From Gekko japonicus (Eukaryota), in contig NW_015165236.1 in the NCBI RefSeq assembly GCF_001447785.1, forward strand, positions 1,181,998-1,245,997: a stretch of DNA of 64,000 nucleotides, read 5' to 3'. The position numbers and the translations under genes were made by a program. Shown here in pieces: positions 1-11,640 of the stretch (position 1 is the first letter of the stretch; each line of letters opens with the position of its first letter). The notes under the pieces were generated by a model. It was not told the DNA's origin, ran no database searches, and worked only from the letters and a program-made list of their open reading frames with translations.

Positions 1-319
1 TCTCAATTTGGTACATGAGGATTCAGTCCAGGAGGATGCAAAGAATAAATGGAAATAAGTCTGAAGAAGTGAGCAGTGACTCATAAAAGCACACACCCTA
101 CCACAATTCTGTTAGTCTTTAAAGGTGCTACTGGACTCTTACGTTTTCTACTGCTATTACAAACCGCAACATTCAAAAACCAGTGGGGGGACATTTTAAC
201 CTTCCAGGAATTNNNNNNNNNNNNNNNNNNNNNNNNNNNNNNNNNNNNNNNNNNNNNNNNNNNNNNNNNNNNNNNNNNNNNNNNNNNNNNNNNNNNNNNN
301 NNNNNNNNNNNNNNNNNNN

Positions 320-498
320 TGGACTGAACTGGGACCTAGGTTGTTTCTCTCATTAACAATGCCTGCTGTTGTCATTTGGCATCTGAAATCACTTCACTCT
401 CCAAGATATAAGGACAGATGGACTCCCATTCTAGCTGTATCTGAAGAAGTGAGCAGTGATTCATGAAAGCTCCTACCCTGACAGAAACTTTGTTAGTA
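320..498 (+). mobile_element. Penelope-like element 3' end with minimal hammerhead motif
   Basis: GLNWDLGCFSH* resembles the C-terminus of the PLE GIY-YIG ORF. It is followed by GTAT-CTGAAGA-stem II-GAAA-GCTC at 437-472; a second, degenerate copy lies at 61-95. Confidence 0.65.
437..476 (+). ncRNA. Minimal type-I hammerhead ribozyme motif (PLE-type)
   Basis: CUGAAGA core; stem II GUGAG/UUCAU; GAAA; palindromic AGCU stem III; cleavage triplet CUC; stem I GUAU/CUAC has one mismatch. Confidence 0.6.
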
Positions 499-710
499 TA
501 GGTGTCTGCCGCGGGCCCCATTGCGAAGGGGTCGGAGGCGGCCAGGACAAGTAAGCAGGTAGCCGGGGAAGCGTTCCCCCCACCGCACCCAACGAAGATG
601 CGGCCGTCGTGGTGATCAACGTTGTGGAGGTCGTTGGGACCGATCCCGTGTCCCCCTCCGTGTTAGGTGTGGTTCCCTCTATCCCGCTCATGGTCTCGCC
701 AGCCTCGATA

Positions 711-714
<4 letters not shown>

Positions 715-768
<54 letters not shown>
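715..768. repeat. (CT)n microsatellite
   Basis: Perfect dinucleotide run. Confidence 0.95.
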
Positions 769-770
<2 letters not shown>

Positions 771-2770
771 CATACTCTCTTTAGCTCCCCCCCCCAAGAA
801 GTCTGCAGTCAAACAAAAGCTTATACCTGGAAGAAGTTGCTAGTCTTCCTAAAGAGCTCCTGGACTCCATTCCCCCCCCTCTGTCTCTTTTCCTCCCACT
901 CCTTCCTGTTGGGATCCCAAGCATCGAGAATAAATCCACGTTTTAAAGAAAAGCAAAATTTATTTCAAAGCGTTGGAAAGACACTCAAACACGTTCTTTG
1001 TTAGAACTGACTACAAACGGTTAGGGCAAGCATAATAAAGGGATTTGAAACAGGTACAGAACCAATGGGTCACTTTCCCGCTGGCGGGTAAGCTAAAACG
1101 GGTTCGCGCTCATTCCCTGAGAACCAGGTTATCTCCAGACATAACACAGGTGCAGTTCCCATGCTCTAAAAGCAACAAGCTGGCAGTGAAGCGAACTCCC
1201 CCAATACATCCTCCAGTTGTTTGGCTTAGGCATTACAGCAGAAGAGAATACTAGCGAACAGGCAGGGGGGGGTGAGCAACTGTACAAAGACACAAATAAC
1301 ACAGAACACCATGGCAGCTTGCTGACACTGCCTCACAGGGGTGTCTGTTGTGGGGCGGGGAAGGGAAAGGAGTTTGTAAGCCGCTCTGACACACCTTTGG
1401 GTAGTGAAGGCCGGGCTATAAATCCAATCTCTTCTTCTTGCTCCTTTCTACTGATAGGATAGGTCCTTTTGGGAAAGGAGGCAGGGTAAAAGTGTCTTAA
1501 ATAAGTTGTGCCTTACAAAGCATAGGAACTCTTTGACTGTTAGACACATCTGTGGAATGTGGGGATTTCGGCTTTAAAAACTATGCCACGTAAGCCTTGA
1601 GGGCCAGTCCACCACTGCTTTGGAACGGACATACGCAGGGAAGAAATGCAGTTCTGGTAATATTCCAGGGGAAAGCAAAGACTCCATCAAGCAGCCCTAC
1701 AAAGAGACCACATCCTTACACTGCTTGACTGTAGGTTCCCCAAAAGACAGGCTTCCCGGTAGCTTAATGACCATCTGGCTTCTGCTATTTTTAAGCATAA
1801 ACCCAGCCGGGGATGTTTCTGCTCTCTCTTTGCGGGATGAGATTGCTACTTTTGACTGCTAAACCGAAGAGCGCGGTGAGGTCTCTGACGTAGAAACTCC
1901 GGCCCCTGTGTTTGCAGACCTAATCATGGAGCCAGGGTGGAAAACGGGGTTTCCAAAACCAAGATTGAGATCTAGGTTACCAGGGCAGCTTCCTGTTTTG
2001 AAGGTGTGGCCGAGGGCAAGCTGGGAATGCGAGCCTCCCCCGGTTAAGCTGTTTGTCCCGGGTGAGAGTCGTAAAGAGCGCGTGGCCTCTGTGCATACGT
2101 GGACAGTCTGTCTCCATGGGCATGTTTTCACAGCACGCCAGCCACGCTCATAACCTCGTGATGTTAACTCACCTTTTCTTTAACACTTTGGAATAAAAGT
2201 GTCTTGTCTTTAAACTTCAGAGTCAGTGGCTTTTAGCCAACAATCATCCACCCCCAAGCAAAAACAGGAATAAAGCCATCAAGACTGGCGGTGTAGCCAG
2301 ACCTCCCCCCCCCCCTTGTATTTTCCAAGCTCCAAAGCCAAACAGCAACAAATCCTTTATGCAGCCTCATGCTCAAGAGGTTTTTAATCGTTTCCCGCAA
2401 TTCTTGCATCACCCTGTAAAAGCAGATAACTCCGAAGCGGCAAGCGTGGTTTTGCGGCTTGATGAGTTTCTGGCTGAGGGGGGATTCGGATCTGGAATCC
2501 GTCCCCGTCCCCCCTCCGCCCCTGTTACCAGCTCCTCAAATCAATCAGATTAAATGTTCTAATCAAGAAATCCAACCCGGTTTGCCGTTTGAAGTGCTTC
2601 TGCACAAACACCGCTCACAGCAGCTGCGCCCGTTTGCACAACTGCCGCTCACTTCCCAAGGTTCCTACGGGAACTGCGTAGGTGAATGTGCTTGGGGCAA
2701 AGCAGGCCCCGCCTCCGAGTGGAGCAACGATAACATAGATGTGTTAAGTCTGAGTCCAGGTTAACCCTAA

Positions 2771-3703
2771 CCAGCGGCACCTTTTAAGGCCAACACTTTT
2801 ATTCAGGCATGCACACTTCTTCAGATACAATGAAATGGAAACTACAAGTCCATACATATAGGCAGAGGGCAAGCAGTAAGCAGAATGAAGATGTTTAACA
2901 GATGCAGGGACCAAACAGGAATAACAAGCTTTAATTTATATGGCCGCCATTCGTTTGGGTTTAATTCCGGGGGGACGGGGGACATAGTGAAGGATTTGTC
3001 AGATTTGGAGATTGATGGGCAGATGTATCCTAAATTGTGGGATGCTGAGAGTACTTAACTGAGACCCTGCCGTCATGCTCCACCCATCTCCTCTCAAGCA
3101 TGGAGGCATCCTTACAGCTGTAAAGTGACCTCACATCTGCCCATCAGTCTCCAGTTTTGACCTATTTATTTCCTTCACTATGTTTTCCCCCTGGAATTAA
3201 AACCCAAATGAATGGTGACCATATAAGGTAAGCTTGTTATTCCTGTTTGGTCTTTGAATCTGTTAAACATCTTCATTATGCGATATGCTAACTTACTGCT
3301 CACCCTCTACCTATATGGATGGACTGGTAATTTCCATTTCAATATGAGAGCCAGTTTGGTGTAGTGGTTGAGTGCACGGACTCTAATCTGGGAGAACCGG
3401 GTTTGATTCTCCACTCGCAGCTACTGGATGACTTTGGGCAAGCCGTAGTTCTGATAAGAGCTGTCCTTGAAAAAGAGCCGTTTCTGTCAGAGCTCTCTCA
3501 GCCCCACCCACCTCACAGGGGGTGTCTGTTGTGGGGAGGGGGGGGAAGGAGATTGTCAGCCGCTCTGAGACTCCTGTGGGTAGTGAAGGGCGGGGTATAG
3601 ATCCAATCTCTTCTTCTCTATGACTGAAGATGTGTGCCTGCACACAAAAGCTCATACCCAGAATTAAGCTCTGTTGATCTTTGAGGGGCCGCTGGAGTCA
3701 AAC
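2771..3703. mobile_element. Penelope-derived fold-back insertion interrupted by a SINE
   Basis: Arms ~2771-3027 and ~3132-3703 are reverse complements; hammerhead-like cores at ~2810-2828 (-) and 3624-3657 (+). Confidence 0.65.
3346..3618 (+). mobile_element. Squam3-like tRNA-derived SINE (representative of about 18 copies)
   Basis: GAGAGCCAGTTTGGTGTAGTGG head with A/B boxes and a (TTC)n tail. Other copies near 4230, 6344, 7718, 19275, 22917, 23155, 23940, 24575, 26470, 36870, 39008, 45290, 49933, 53710 and 60612. Confidence 0.8.
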
Positions 3704-4800
3704 GCTGGAGTCCGTGGCTTCAGACCCACCCGGCCGCCCACCTGAATGGATGTGTTAAGTGATGCCTCTCTAAGCGAGCTCTGTAATAAAAGCCATTTAC
3801 TCCCCCGTGTGAAACTCGGGCGGCAGCTCACTGACCCAGATCCAGCAGAGTTACCCGCAGGGCGACATGTTGGCTGCCCACTGGTTCTCAAGTGGACAGT
3901 GGAGGAGCCGGGCCGGGCCGAAGAGCTCACCGCCACTGCGTTCTAGTGGAGAAAAGGATTCAGGTTGTGCGCTGAAAATGTTTCAGCAGTTGCTGTGTAG
4001 AGGAAAGAACACCGGGGATCTTGTGAAGCAGGCCTTTACAGAGAGCTGCTTGCCAAATGGGCCAAGTCAAAACATGAAGCCTTGGCTGGTGTTCCCTCTA
4101 AGCTGAGTTAGTGTGAGCCAGCTCACAGTTTTTTAGCCTCTGGTGCACACGTTTTTGTCTTAGCTCAGGAAGGATGGGCTTCAGAGCAAACTAATTTATG
4201 CAGTATAGCCAAATTGCTCGCTCACAACTTTAAGAAGAGAAGAGAAAAGGTTGGATTTCTACCCCACCCTTCACTACCCAAGGGAGTCTCAGAGCGGCTT
4301 ACAAACTCCTTTCCCTTCCCCTCCCCACCACAGGCACCGTGTGCGGGAGGTGGGGCTGAGAGAGCTGTTTCGAGGATTGCTCTTGAGAGTACAGCTCTGA
4401 GAGAACTGTGACTTGCCCAAGGTCACCCAGCAGCTGCAAGTGGAGGAGTGGGGAATCAAACCCGGTTCTCCCAGATTAGAGTCCACGCACTTAACCACGG
4501 TGCCAAACTGGCTAATAGCGGTAGCTCACAAAGTAGAATTTTTGCTCACAAGACTCCACAGCTTAGAGGGAGCACTGGCCCTCGCTACTAAAATTACAAG
4601 GCCACAAAGTCTGGCTTTTCTCTTGTCCGGACTGCAGTGCCTGAACAGCATCTTGAGAGGCCTCAGCCGGGGCACAGAGCCTGCGTTTCAGAGGCAGCAC
4701 TCGATGCCATGTGCCCAAACGATTCAGGTCGCTTCGGATACGGGAATTCTGGGCTAGGCGGAGGACGTCTGGGGACAATTCTCGCTCTGCTCCTCCACAG

Positions 4801-4907
4801 GTGCTGCTTCAATCATGACTGCTGTTACGGGGAAGCGGAGAACGCCGGCTGCGCGCCCAAGATGGAGAGCTACCTGTGGGAGTGCGAGGACAACGCGGCC
4901 AAGTGTG
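4801..4907 (+). CDS. PLA2G10: Group X secretory phospholipase A2, penultimate (catalytic) exon
   Basis: tcctccacAG|g...tgt g|GTgagt; encodes CCFNHDCCYGEAENAGCAPKMESYLWECEDNAAKC with the sPLA2 CCxxHDxCY His-Asp motif. The upstream exons (signal peptide, Ca-binding loop) were not found in the window. Confidence 0.9.
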
Positions 4908-5394
4908 GTGAGTCAGTGCTCTGCTCGGGGGCGGGAAGATGCCCATCTCCCAGAACAGGGGGGCAAAGGGGATTCTCCAGACGTGGCTGAGAGATAATGT
5001 GGCTGTGAGCCTGAATTCCAGACAGAGGGTCAGATTGACTGTGGCAGAGGGGAGGGGAGGAGAGGTCATCTTGCCTGTGCCATGAAGGGGGGGGGGAGTC
5101 CATGGGGGGGTCCTGGAATGTGCTCTCCAGTTGCAGCCGACCCACAGCAACTCTGCGGGGGGGGGTCTCCAGCAGTGTCCCCTCTAAGCTGAGTCAGTGT
5201 GAGATCGCTCACAATTTTTCAGCCTCCGGCTCACCCATTTTCATCTCCGCTCAGGAAGGATGTGGCTCCAGAGCCAGCTAATTTATGCAGCGGCCAAATC
5301 GCTCGCTCACCACTTTTAGGGCAGTAGCTCAAAGTAGAGTTTTTGCTCACAGGACTCCACAGCTTAGAGGGAGTATCCGTAGCGACTTCCTCGG

Positions 5395-5460
5395 TGGTCG
5401 AGTACTGACCAGATCCAGTCCTGCTTAGCTTCTGAGATCTGATGAGATCGGGCTAGCCTG
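5395..5460 (-). mobile_element. 5S rRNA-derived SINE head
   Basis: The reverse complement cccgatctcatcagatctcagaagctaagcagg...cagtact matches the 5S rRNA internal control region. Confidence 0.7.
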
Positions 5461-5665
5461 TGCCGTCCAGGTCACGGTGGGCTAGTCCATAAGAAAACTA
5501 CATTTGTTAGCTTCAGGGGTGCCACAAGATATTCAGAAGATGCCCAACAACTAGGTTCCTAAATACCTTTCTGTAAACAAGACCCTAAAACCTGCAGAAT
5601 GGCCAACTCACGACAACCCGTGCCAGCGGCCTGACCCGGCGGCTTCTTGTCTTTTCTTTTCACAG

Positions 5666-5814
5666 AGGACATCGAAGACAAGTGCCAAAAGATGGCCTGC
5701 AAGTGCGACCGTGAAGCGGCCAAGTGTCTGGCCAAAGCCCCCTACAACGCGACGCACATCTTGTGGCCCGTGGATCGCTGCGGGACGTCCACCCCTCCCT
5801 GCAAAGGCGATTAA
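5666..5814 (+). CDS. PLA2G10: Group X secretory phospholipase A2, last coding exon
   Basis: ttttcacAG acceptor, phase-compatible with the previous exon; EDIEDKCQKMACKCDREAAKCLAKAPYNATHILWPVDRCGTSTPPCKGD*. Has the CxCD catalytic Asp and a Cys-containing C-terminal extension; tail-to-tail with BFAR as in human. Confidence 0.9.
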
Positions 5815-5856
5815 CGCAGAGGAGAGACGGGGCTGGATAGAGACTCTCTTTTTTAA

Positions 5857-5862
5857 AATAAA
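5857..5862 (+). terminator. AATAAA polyadenylation signal of PLA2G10
   Basis: Canonical hexamer about 43 nt after the stop codon. Confidence 0.6.
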
Positions 5863-8352
5863 AGCAGTAGCAGCTGAAAATCTTCCCTGCAATGGGAAGT
5901 CCGTTTTCTCGGCACCGGTAACTCCGGCTTTCCTGGCAAATTCAGCCGTTCTTCCATTAACAAGGAGCGCTCGGGCATAACACCAGAAGAGCCCTGCTGG
6001 ATCAGACCCGTGGCCCATCTAGTCCAGCATCTTTCCCCACACACACACACCAGCAGCCGTGGACGGTCCCTAACCCTAACCCTAACCCAACAGGGTCCAG
6101 AGGCCGAGGCCTTCACCCGGATGCTATTTCCTAGTGCTGGAATTCAGGGGTTGACTGCTTCTGAACAGAAGAGGCGCCATGTTGGATCAGGCCAGTGGCC
6201 CACCCAGTCCAACACTCTGTGTCACACGGTGGCCAAAACCTCTGACTTCAGAGGTTCCCTCTAGTCACCGTGGCAGGTAGAGCCACTGGTGGACCCCCTT
6301 TCTCTCTGTGAATCTATCCAACCCCTATCCAATCTATTCCCATGGCCAGTTTGGTGTCGTGGTGAAGTGCGCGGACTCTAATCTGGGAGAACCGGGTTTG
6401 ATTCCCCACTCCTCCTCCACTTGCACCTGGCTGGATGGCCTTGGGCAAGCCATAGTTCTGTCAGAGCTGTCCTTGAAAAAGAGCAGTTTCTGTCAGAGCT
6501 CTCTCAGCCCCACCGACCTCCCAGGGTGTCTGTGGTGGGGAGGGGAAGGGGAAGGAGTTTGTAAGCCGCTCTGAGACTCCTGTGGGTAGTGAAGGGCCAT
6601 GGGGTATAAATCCAATCTCTTCTTCTTCTCTGCATCTTCTCGTAGTGAACTCTACTATTTAATTATTTGTTGAATAAAGACGTTTTTCCTTTTGCAACGG
6701 TGGCCTCTTGACTTCGTCGGGTGTCCCTGGGCCCTCGTTTTTGTGGGAGAGGGAGAAGATTCTATGTACTTTCTCGACACAATGCATAGTTTTAGAAACC
6801 TCTACCATGTCGCCGTCCAGCTCATCTTTTCTGTACACCAAAAAAGCACGAGGCTTTTCAGACATGGCTCGTAGGAGAGGTGTGCCAGCCGCTCCGTCAT
6901 CTCAGTTACCCTTTCTTCCCTTATCTAGCTCTGGAATACCTTTGAGTTAACAACAAGCAGAACTAGACACGGGATTCCCAATGTGGTCACACCCAGTGTT
7001 CCCTCTAAGCCGAGTCAGTGTGAGCTAGCTCACAGTTCTGTAGCCTCCGGGTGGGGACCCCGCCACAAGAACCGACCAGGGACACCTACGCTTTAACTGC
7101 TTTTTAATCCATCCCCATGACTTGGTTTACTCAGGAGTCTGTGTCAAACACTTTTTGGAAGTATTACAAAATCTGTGGGATCACCCTTATCCACACACTC
7201 GTGCGTTTTTCCCACCTTCATTTCAGCCTGGGAGCCGGACCCCTACCTTGACTTGGCTGCTCTGGCCACGTGGATCCATGCCACGGTTACCACAAGGCTA
7301 GACGACTGTCATGCCCGCCACATGACCCTGTCCTTAAGGACAATGGTGAAACTCCAGTGGGTGCAGAACACCACAGTTCAGTCGCTCTAGGGCACTAGGT
7401 GGAGCATGTGGGTCACACCCATCCTGCAGTCACGCTGTCAGTTACCACGGGCATTCAGGAAGGGCACCCCCCCCTTCTCCTTTTCACAGAATGTGCAAAA
7501 CAGAATATGGTGAGGAGGACATTTTCATGAAGGAATTGGAAGCACCGTATAATGGAACAGCTCGAGAGTTGGCTTTTGTAACTGGGCTGGATGACGTCTC
7601 ATTGTACGTGCCCCACCTTCGTCTGCACCGTCTTCGCAACCGACTTTCCACATTATCATGGGCCGTGCCTTAATTTTGCATCTTCCTTGTTCTCCAGTTC
7701 CATAATAGCCTAGTCCTATGAGCCAGTTTGGTGTAGCGGTTAGGAGCACGGGCTCTAATCTGGGAGAACTGGGTTTGATTCCCCCTCCTCCACTTGCAGC
7801 TGCTGGTGTGACCTTGGGCCAGTAACAAGTTCTCTCAAGGGCAGTCCTCGAAAGAGCCCTCTCAGCCCCACCTGCCTCACAGGGTGCCTGTTGTGGGGAG
7901 GGGAAGGGAAAGGAGACTGTAGCTGCCCTTAGACTCCGAGTGAAGGGCAGGGTACAAATTCAATCTCTTCTTCTTCTTTCTTACTGGAGGTGTCATGCTG
8001 GTCTGAATGAATTATTTAAAAAAAATATTTTGTAATCCACCTTCAGCCTCAGAGTGAAAGGCATCTGGGACCCGAGTGTGCCGCATGACGGAGATCAAGT
8101 TCATTCCTAGAGGAACCCAGAGGCCGTGGATCCTTTCTGTGTCCTGCCACTAGGAAGGGGGCGTCAGGGTCTGGCCTCCTGTCATTGCCAATGGTGGCTG
8201 TAGTGCGCCTTGAAAAGATGCCTGCTTCTCACCTCCATGGTGCCTCCAGAGTCCTCAACTCCACCAGGTTTCTTTCTCCAAAGGCCAGCTGGCTTGTCCC
8301 AACATCTCTGTGTGTGTGCGTGAGTGGGAAATGTGCTTGCCAGGTACTCCCG

Positions 8353-8462
8353 CTATAGACGGAGGAGTCCTAAGAAGGTCCCATGAGGACTAATTATGAA
8401 AGAAGCGTTGAACCGCGGGATGCGCAAGTTCACACGGTCTCCTTGCTGCAGGTGGAATATAC
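8353..8462 (-). CDS. TNFSF13: APRIL/TNFSF13-like last coding exon; orphan gene fragment
   Basis: ttttcctcctcctAG|gt ata ttc...; phase-compatible with 9072. Encodes GIFHLQQGDRVNLRIPRFNASFIISPHGTFLGLLRL* versus human APRIL GVFHLHQGDILSVIIPRARAKLNLSPHGTFLGFVKL*. Not in the ORF track. Confidence 0.85.
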
Positions 8463-8539
8463 CTAGGAGGAGGAAAAAAGGCCATCAGCTCAACGATCCC
8501 AACTTCGGACAGGATTTAGTTAAGTTCTGTACATGTACA

Positions 8540-9004
8540 TATGAAACTGCCTCATACCGAATCGGACCCTCGGTCCATCAAGGTCATGACAAGTAACAAG
8601 CTGACATATAAGCTTAGAAAGACAGGTCCTCACAAAAAACTATGTTTATTAACAGCCCCCTTTTTTTTTAAACTAACCGTAGTTTAACAGGGAATGATCT
8701 CCTAACCTTGGGTTTTTAGTTTAGTGTGGGATGCCTTTCCTTTCTCCCTAACTGTAGCTCCCCTATCCCTATTTTTTCTTGGTAGTTTTTGTAGTATTAA
8801 AAAAAAAGAAAAAATCCCCTCCGGGGGCTTATTAAAAAAAAAAAAAAGGTCAGTATCGCCAATCTGATTGGCAGCAGCTCTCCAGGGTCTCAGGCCGGGG
8901 TCTTTCCCATCACCTACTGTCTGGTTCTTTGAACTGGAGATGCCGGGGATTGAACCTGGGACCTTCTGCATGCCAAGCAGAGGCTCTGCCACTGAGCCCC
9001 AGGC
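8540..9004 (-). mobile_element. tRNA-Ala-derived SINE inside the APRIL-like intron
   Basis: Head gctcagtggcagagc...ggttcaatccccggcatctcca; the body appears split by an AT-rich insert (~8586-8848). Confidence 0.6.
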
Positions 9005-9071
9005 ACCATGGCTTTTAACCCATCTTGCCTCCTCTCCCAAACTGGCCCAGCGTTCCGTTCTGTTCCCTCAC

Positions 9072-9213
9072 CTCCACTGTAGCAAGTGTTGTATGCCTGC
9101 TCCAGATTGGCCGGCATGCTCTGGATGCAGCGGAACAAGGTCTGATCCTCCCCCTCCGGCCGCAGCCGCCGCAGCTCCTGCCCCATCGTAAAGGTGTGGT
9201 CATGAAACAGCAC
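9072..9213 (-). CDS. TNFSF13: APRIL/TNFSF13-like TNF-homology-domain exon (equivalent to the penultimate exon); orphan gene fragment
   Basis: Long polypyrimidine tract, then ctcccAG|GTG...gga g|GTgagg. Encodes VLFHDHTFTMGQELRRLRPEGEDQTLFRCIQSMPANLEQAYNTCYSG, matching human APRIL VLFQDVTFTMGQVV...ETLFRCIRSMP...AYNSCYSA with both Cys. Confidence 0.85.
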
Positions 9214-10637
9214 CTGGGAGGAGGAGGAGGAGAGGAGGAGGAGAGGAAGAAGGATGATGAGGAGAAGAAAGTGTGCGGACATTGGGTCACTCTTGGACAG
9301 CGAAGTGGCCAGTGGGCCAGAGAGAGCGAGGATGGGGCACTCATGGGGGAAAATCCAGTGGGGTCAATACCATACTGGCCAGGCAATACCGTACTGACCC
9401 CAACTCTCTACCAGCACTGGGATTGAGGGCCCACAGATGAACTGTGGCTCGGGAGCCGCATGCGGCGCTTTCACACCTATTCTGTGGCTCCTGGCAGGGC
9501 GGCTGGGGAAGCGAAGGGGAAGAAGGCCTCCCACATCGGTCTTCCCTTCCCCAGCCAGTGTTCCCCTCCCTGGGTAGGCTTGAGGTGGTGATGGGGAGCA
9601 GAGAAAGAAAGCTTTCTTGTTATAGATGCGTTCTCAAATCCCCCCCACCCACCAGCCAGCTCGGAGGAGGCACTTGTCTCTTTAAATCCCACTCTGTAAG
9701 CCACTCTGAGAGTCCGAGTGAAGGGCAGGGTATAAATCCAATCTCCTCCTCCTCTGCCAAGCCAAGCCAAGCCAGCTGGCAGGGGGGGTGAGGGGGTCGG
9801 AGGATGCATTTAACATTAAAGTTGCTTTCTTTCCACCTCTCCCTCCCCTCCTCCCCCCATCTATTCCCCCTCAGAATTTGCTTTCTTTGTTCCTCTCTCT
9901 CTCTCTCTCTCTTTCTTTCCACCTTTCATTCTTTCTTTCCACCTCTCTCTCTTTCTTAGACAACTTAAATATCATTAGCAAACAAATATAAATGGACAAA
10001 TATCATTATCAATCTCTGGTTTTACCCCTTTTGTTTTAACTTTTGGCAGTCTCGTTGATAACGTTTGGATATTTTTCAATAAAGACGGGTGTGCGATATG
10101 TGTCCATGTCTTGCCGCTCTCAAGCATCTGATGTTTATTCTGTGTGGCTCTTACATCAAGCAAGTTTGGCCACCCCGGGTCTAGGCTGACCCTACATGGA
10201 GCAGGGGGGTTGGACTAGATGGCCTCTATGGCCCCTTCCAACTTACAGAATCACAGAATGTTAGAGTCGGAAGGGACCTTGCAGGTCATCTAGTCCAACC
10301 CCCTGCACTCTGTAGGAGCACAGCCGAAAGAGAGCCCTACAACATACCCGAAAGGTGGTCATCCAGCCTCCGCTTTTATTTATTTATTTATTCGAGTATT
10401 TCTACCCCGCCCTACCCCGCAAGCGGGCTTAAAAACGTCCAGCGAAGGAGCATCCACCCCCTCCCGAGGCAGTCTGTTCCACTGCTCTACCACTCTTATG
10501 ATTCTGACTCGGCCCCACTGGAAGCCCCAAAAGAAACCCAGAAGCGGCACGAGGCAGGTCAAAGTGCCAAAGCCTGCCCGCCCTTACATCCCAGAAGCTT
10601 GCGGGCAGAAATATTAGAAAAAAAGAAAACAATCCTG

Positions 10638-10643
10638 TTTAAT
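10638..10643 (-). terminator. Candidate ATTAAA poly(A) signal of BFAR
   Basis: ATTAAA on the minus strand about 760 nt after the BFAR stop, followed by a U/GU-rich stretch. Confidence 0.4.
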
Positions 10644-11401
10644 TCTCCAAAAGGCTCATAGGCAAATCTGAAGATCAGATTAATACAAATACATAATCAA
10701 AGCTTCATTGGTAAGGAAACAAGCATTTAAAACAAAGCTCAGCGTGGTTTGGCCAACATTTAAACAAACAGCGAAAACAGGTGTGGTGCGCTCGAGAGAC
10801 AGAACGGCCACTTCACAGTTGCTTGTCCGCATGCAGGGTTCTCGTTTTGGTTTCTTAAAAAGGTGGTCGTGGTTGGCAAATGGACTTAGAAAACCAATAC
10901 AGCAACAGAAACATCAGATTTCTCGTTTGATTCATAAAAATGGTGGGGGAGGGAGTGGGGGGAGAAGGAAGCCCCAAATCAGGTTTGAAATCTTTTGTTT
11001 TACAAGGAGTCAGTACCTCTGTAAGTCTCCCTTTAAGTATCCAAATGCCCGAATGAGATAAACAAGCCTTTTTTCAGAAGACGAGATGGGGCAGAGACTT
11101 GACCCCCTCGGGTTCCTCAAAGTACCGGTCCACAGCCTGAACACACACACACAAACTGGCACAGCTGGTGTTTTGGACAACCCACTCCAACAACAAAGAG
11201 GCTGGCCTCCTTGGGGGGAAGGGGCTCCCAAAATGCCCTGGTTGCTTATCCCGCAACGACAAAGAAAACACTTCCTCCAAAAGTGGGTTAAAGCAAACAG
11301 GAAGAGAAACCAATGCAGGTTTTTATCACCGTAGAAAGAATAAGTCCCCCTCGCCTTCGAGACGGCTCACGGCGCACAAGGAAGGAGTCCGGGAGCGCCT
11401 G

Positions 11402-11594
11402 TCAGAGCACTTGCGTATCCAGGCGGCGCACCTCTTTGACCACGAGGTCGATGTTTATAATGGGGTTGAAGTACAAGGCCCAGTAGAAGAGGCAGTTGCA
11501 GACGAACTGAGGAATGAAGGGCCAGAAAATGGCTACCAGGAGTCCCTGGGTGGACACCTTCCAGAAGTGGTTCCACATCCGGTGAGGGATAGTT
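11402..11594 (-). CDS. BFAR: Bifunctional apoptosis regulator, last coding exon
   Basis: TIPHRMWNHFWKVSTQGLLVAIFWPFIPQFVCNCLFYWALYFNPIINIDLVVKEVRRLDTQVL*; ccccAG acceptor after a (CT)n tract. Confidence 0.95.
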
Positions 11595-11605
11595 CTGGGG
11601 AGGGG

Positions 11606-11640
<35 letters not shown>

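Noticed and set aside
473-691. Minus-strand T/P-rich ORF, considered as a PLA2G10 upstream exon or a gag start
   Set aside because: Wrong strand for PLA2G10, no YGCxCG motif, and no recognisable domain.
907-2242. Two TG...CA segments (907-1146 and 1538-2242) resembling solo LTRs
   Set aside because: No matching TSDs, PBS or second copy in the window.
7470-7673. Acceptor-like site and 60-aa plus-strand ORF near the APRIL fragment
   Set aside because: No recognisable homology and no partner exons.
8930-9004. tRNA-Ala-like sequence
   Set aside because: Degenerate acceptor stem and it continues into a SINE body; not a tRNA gene.
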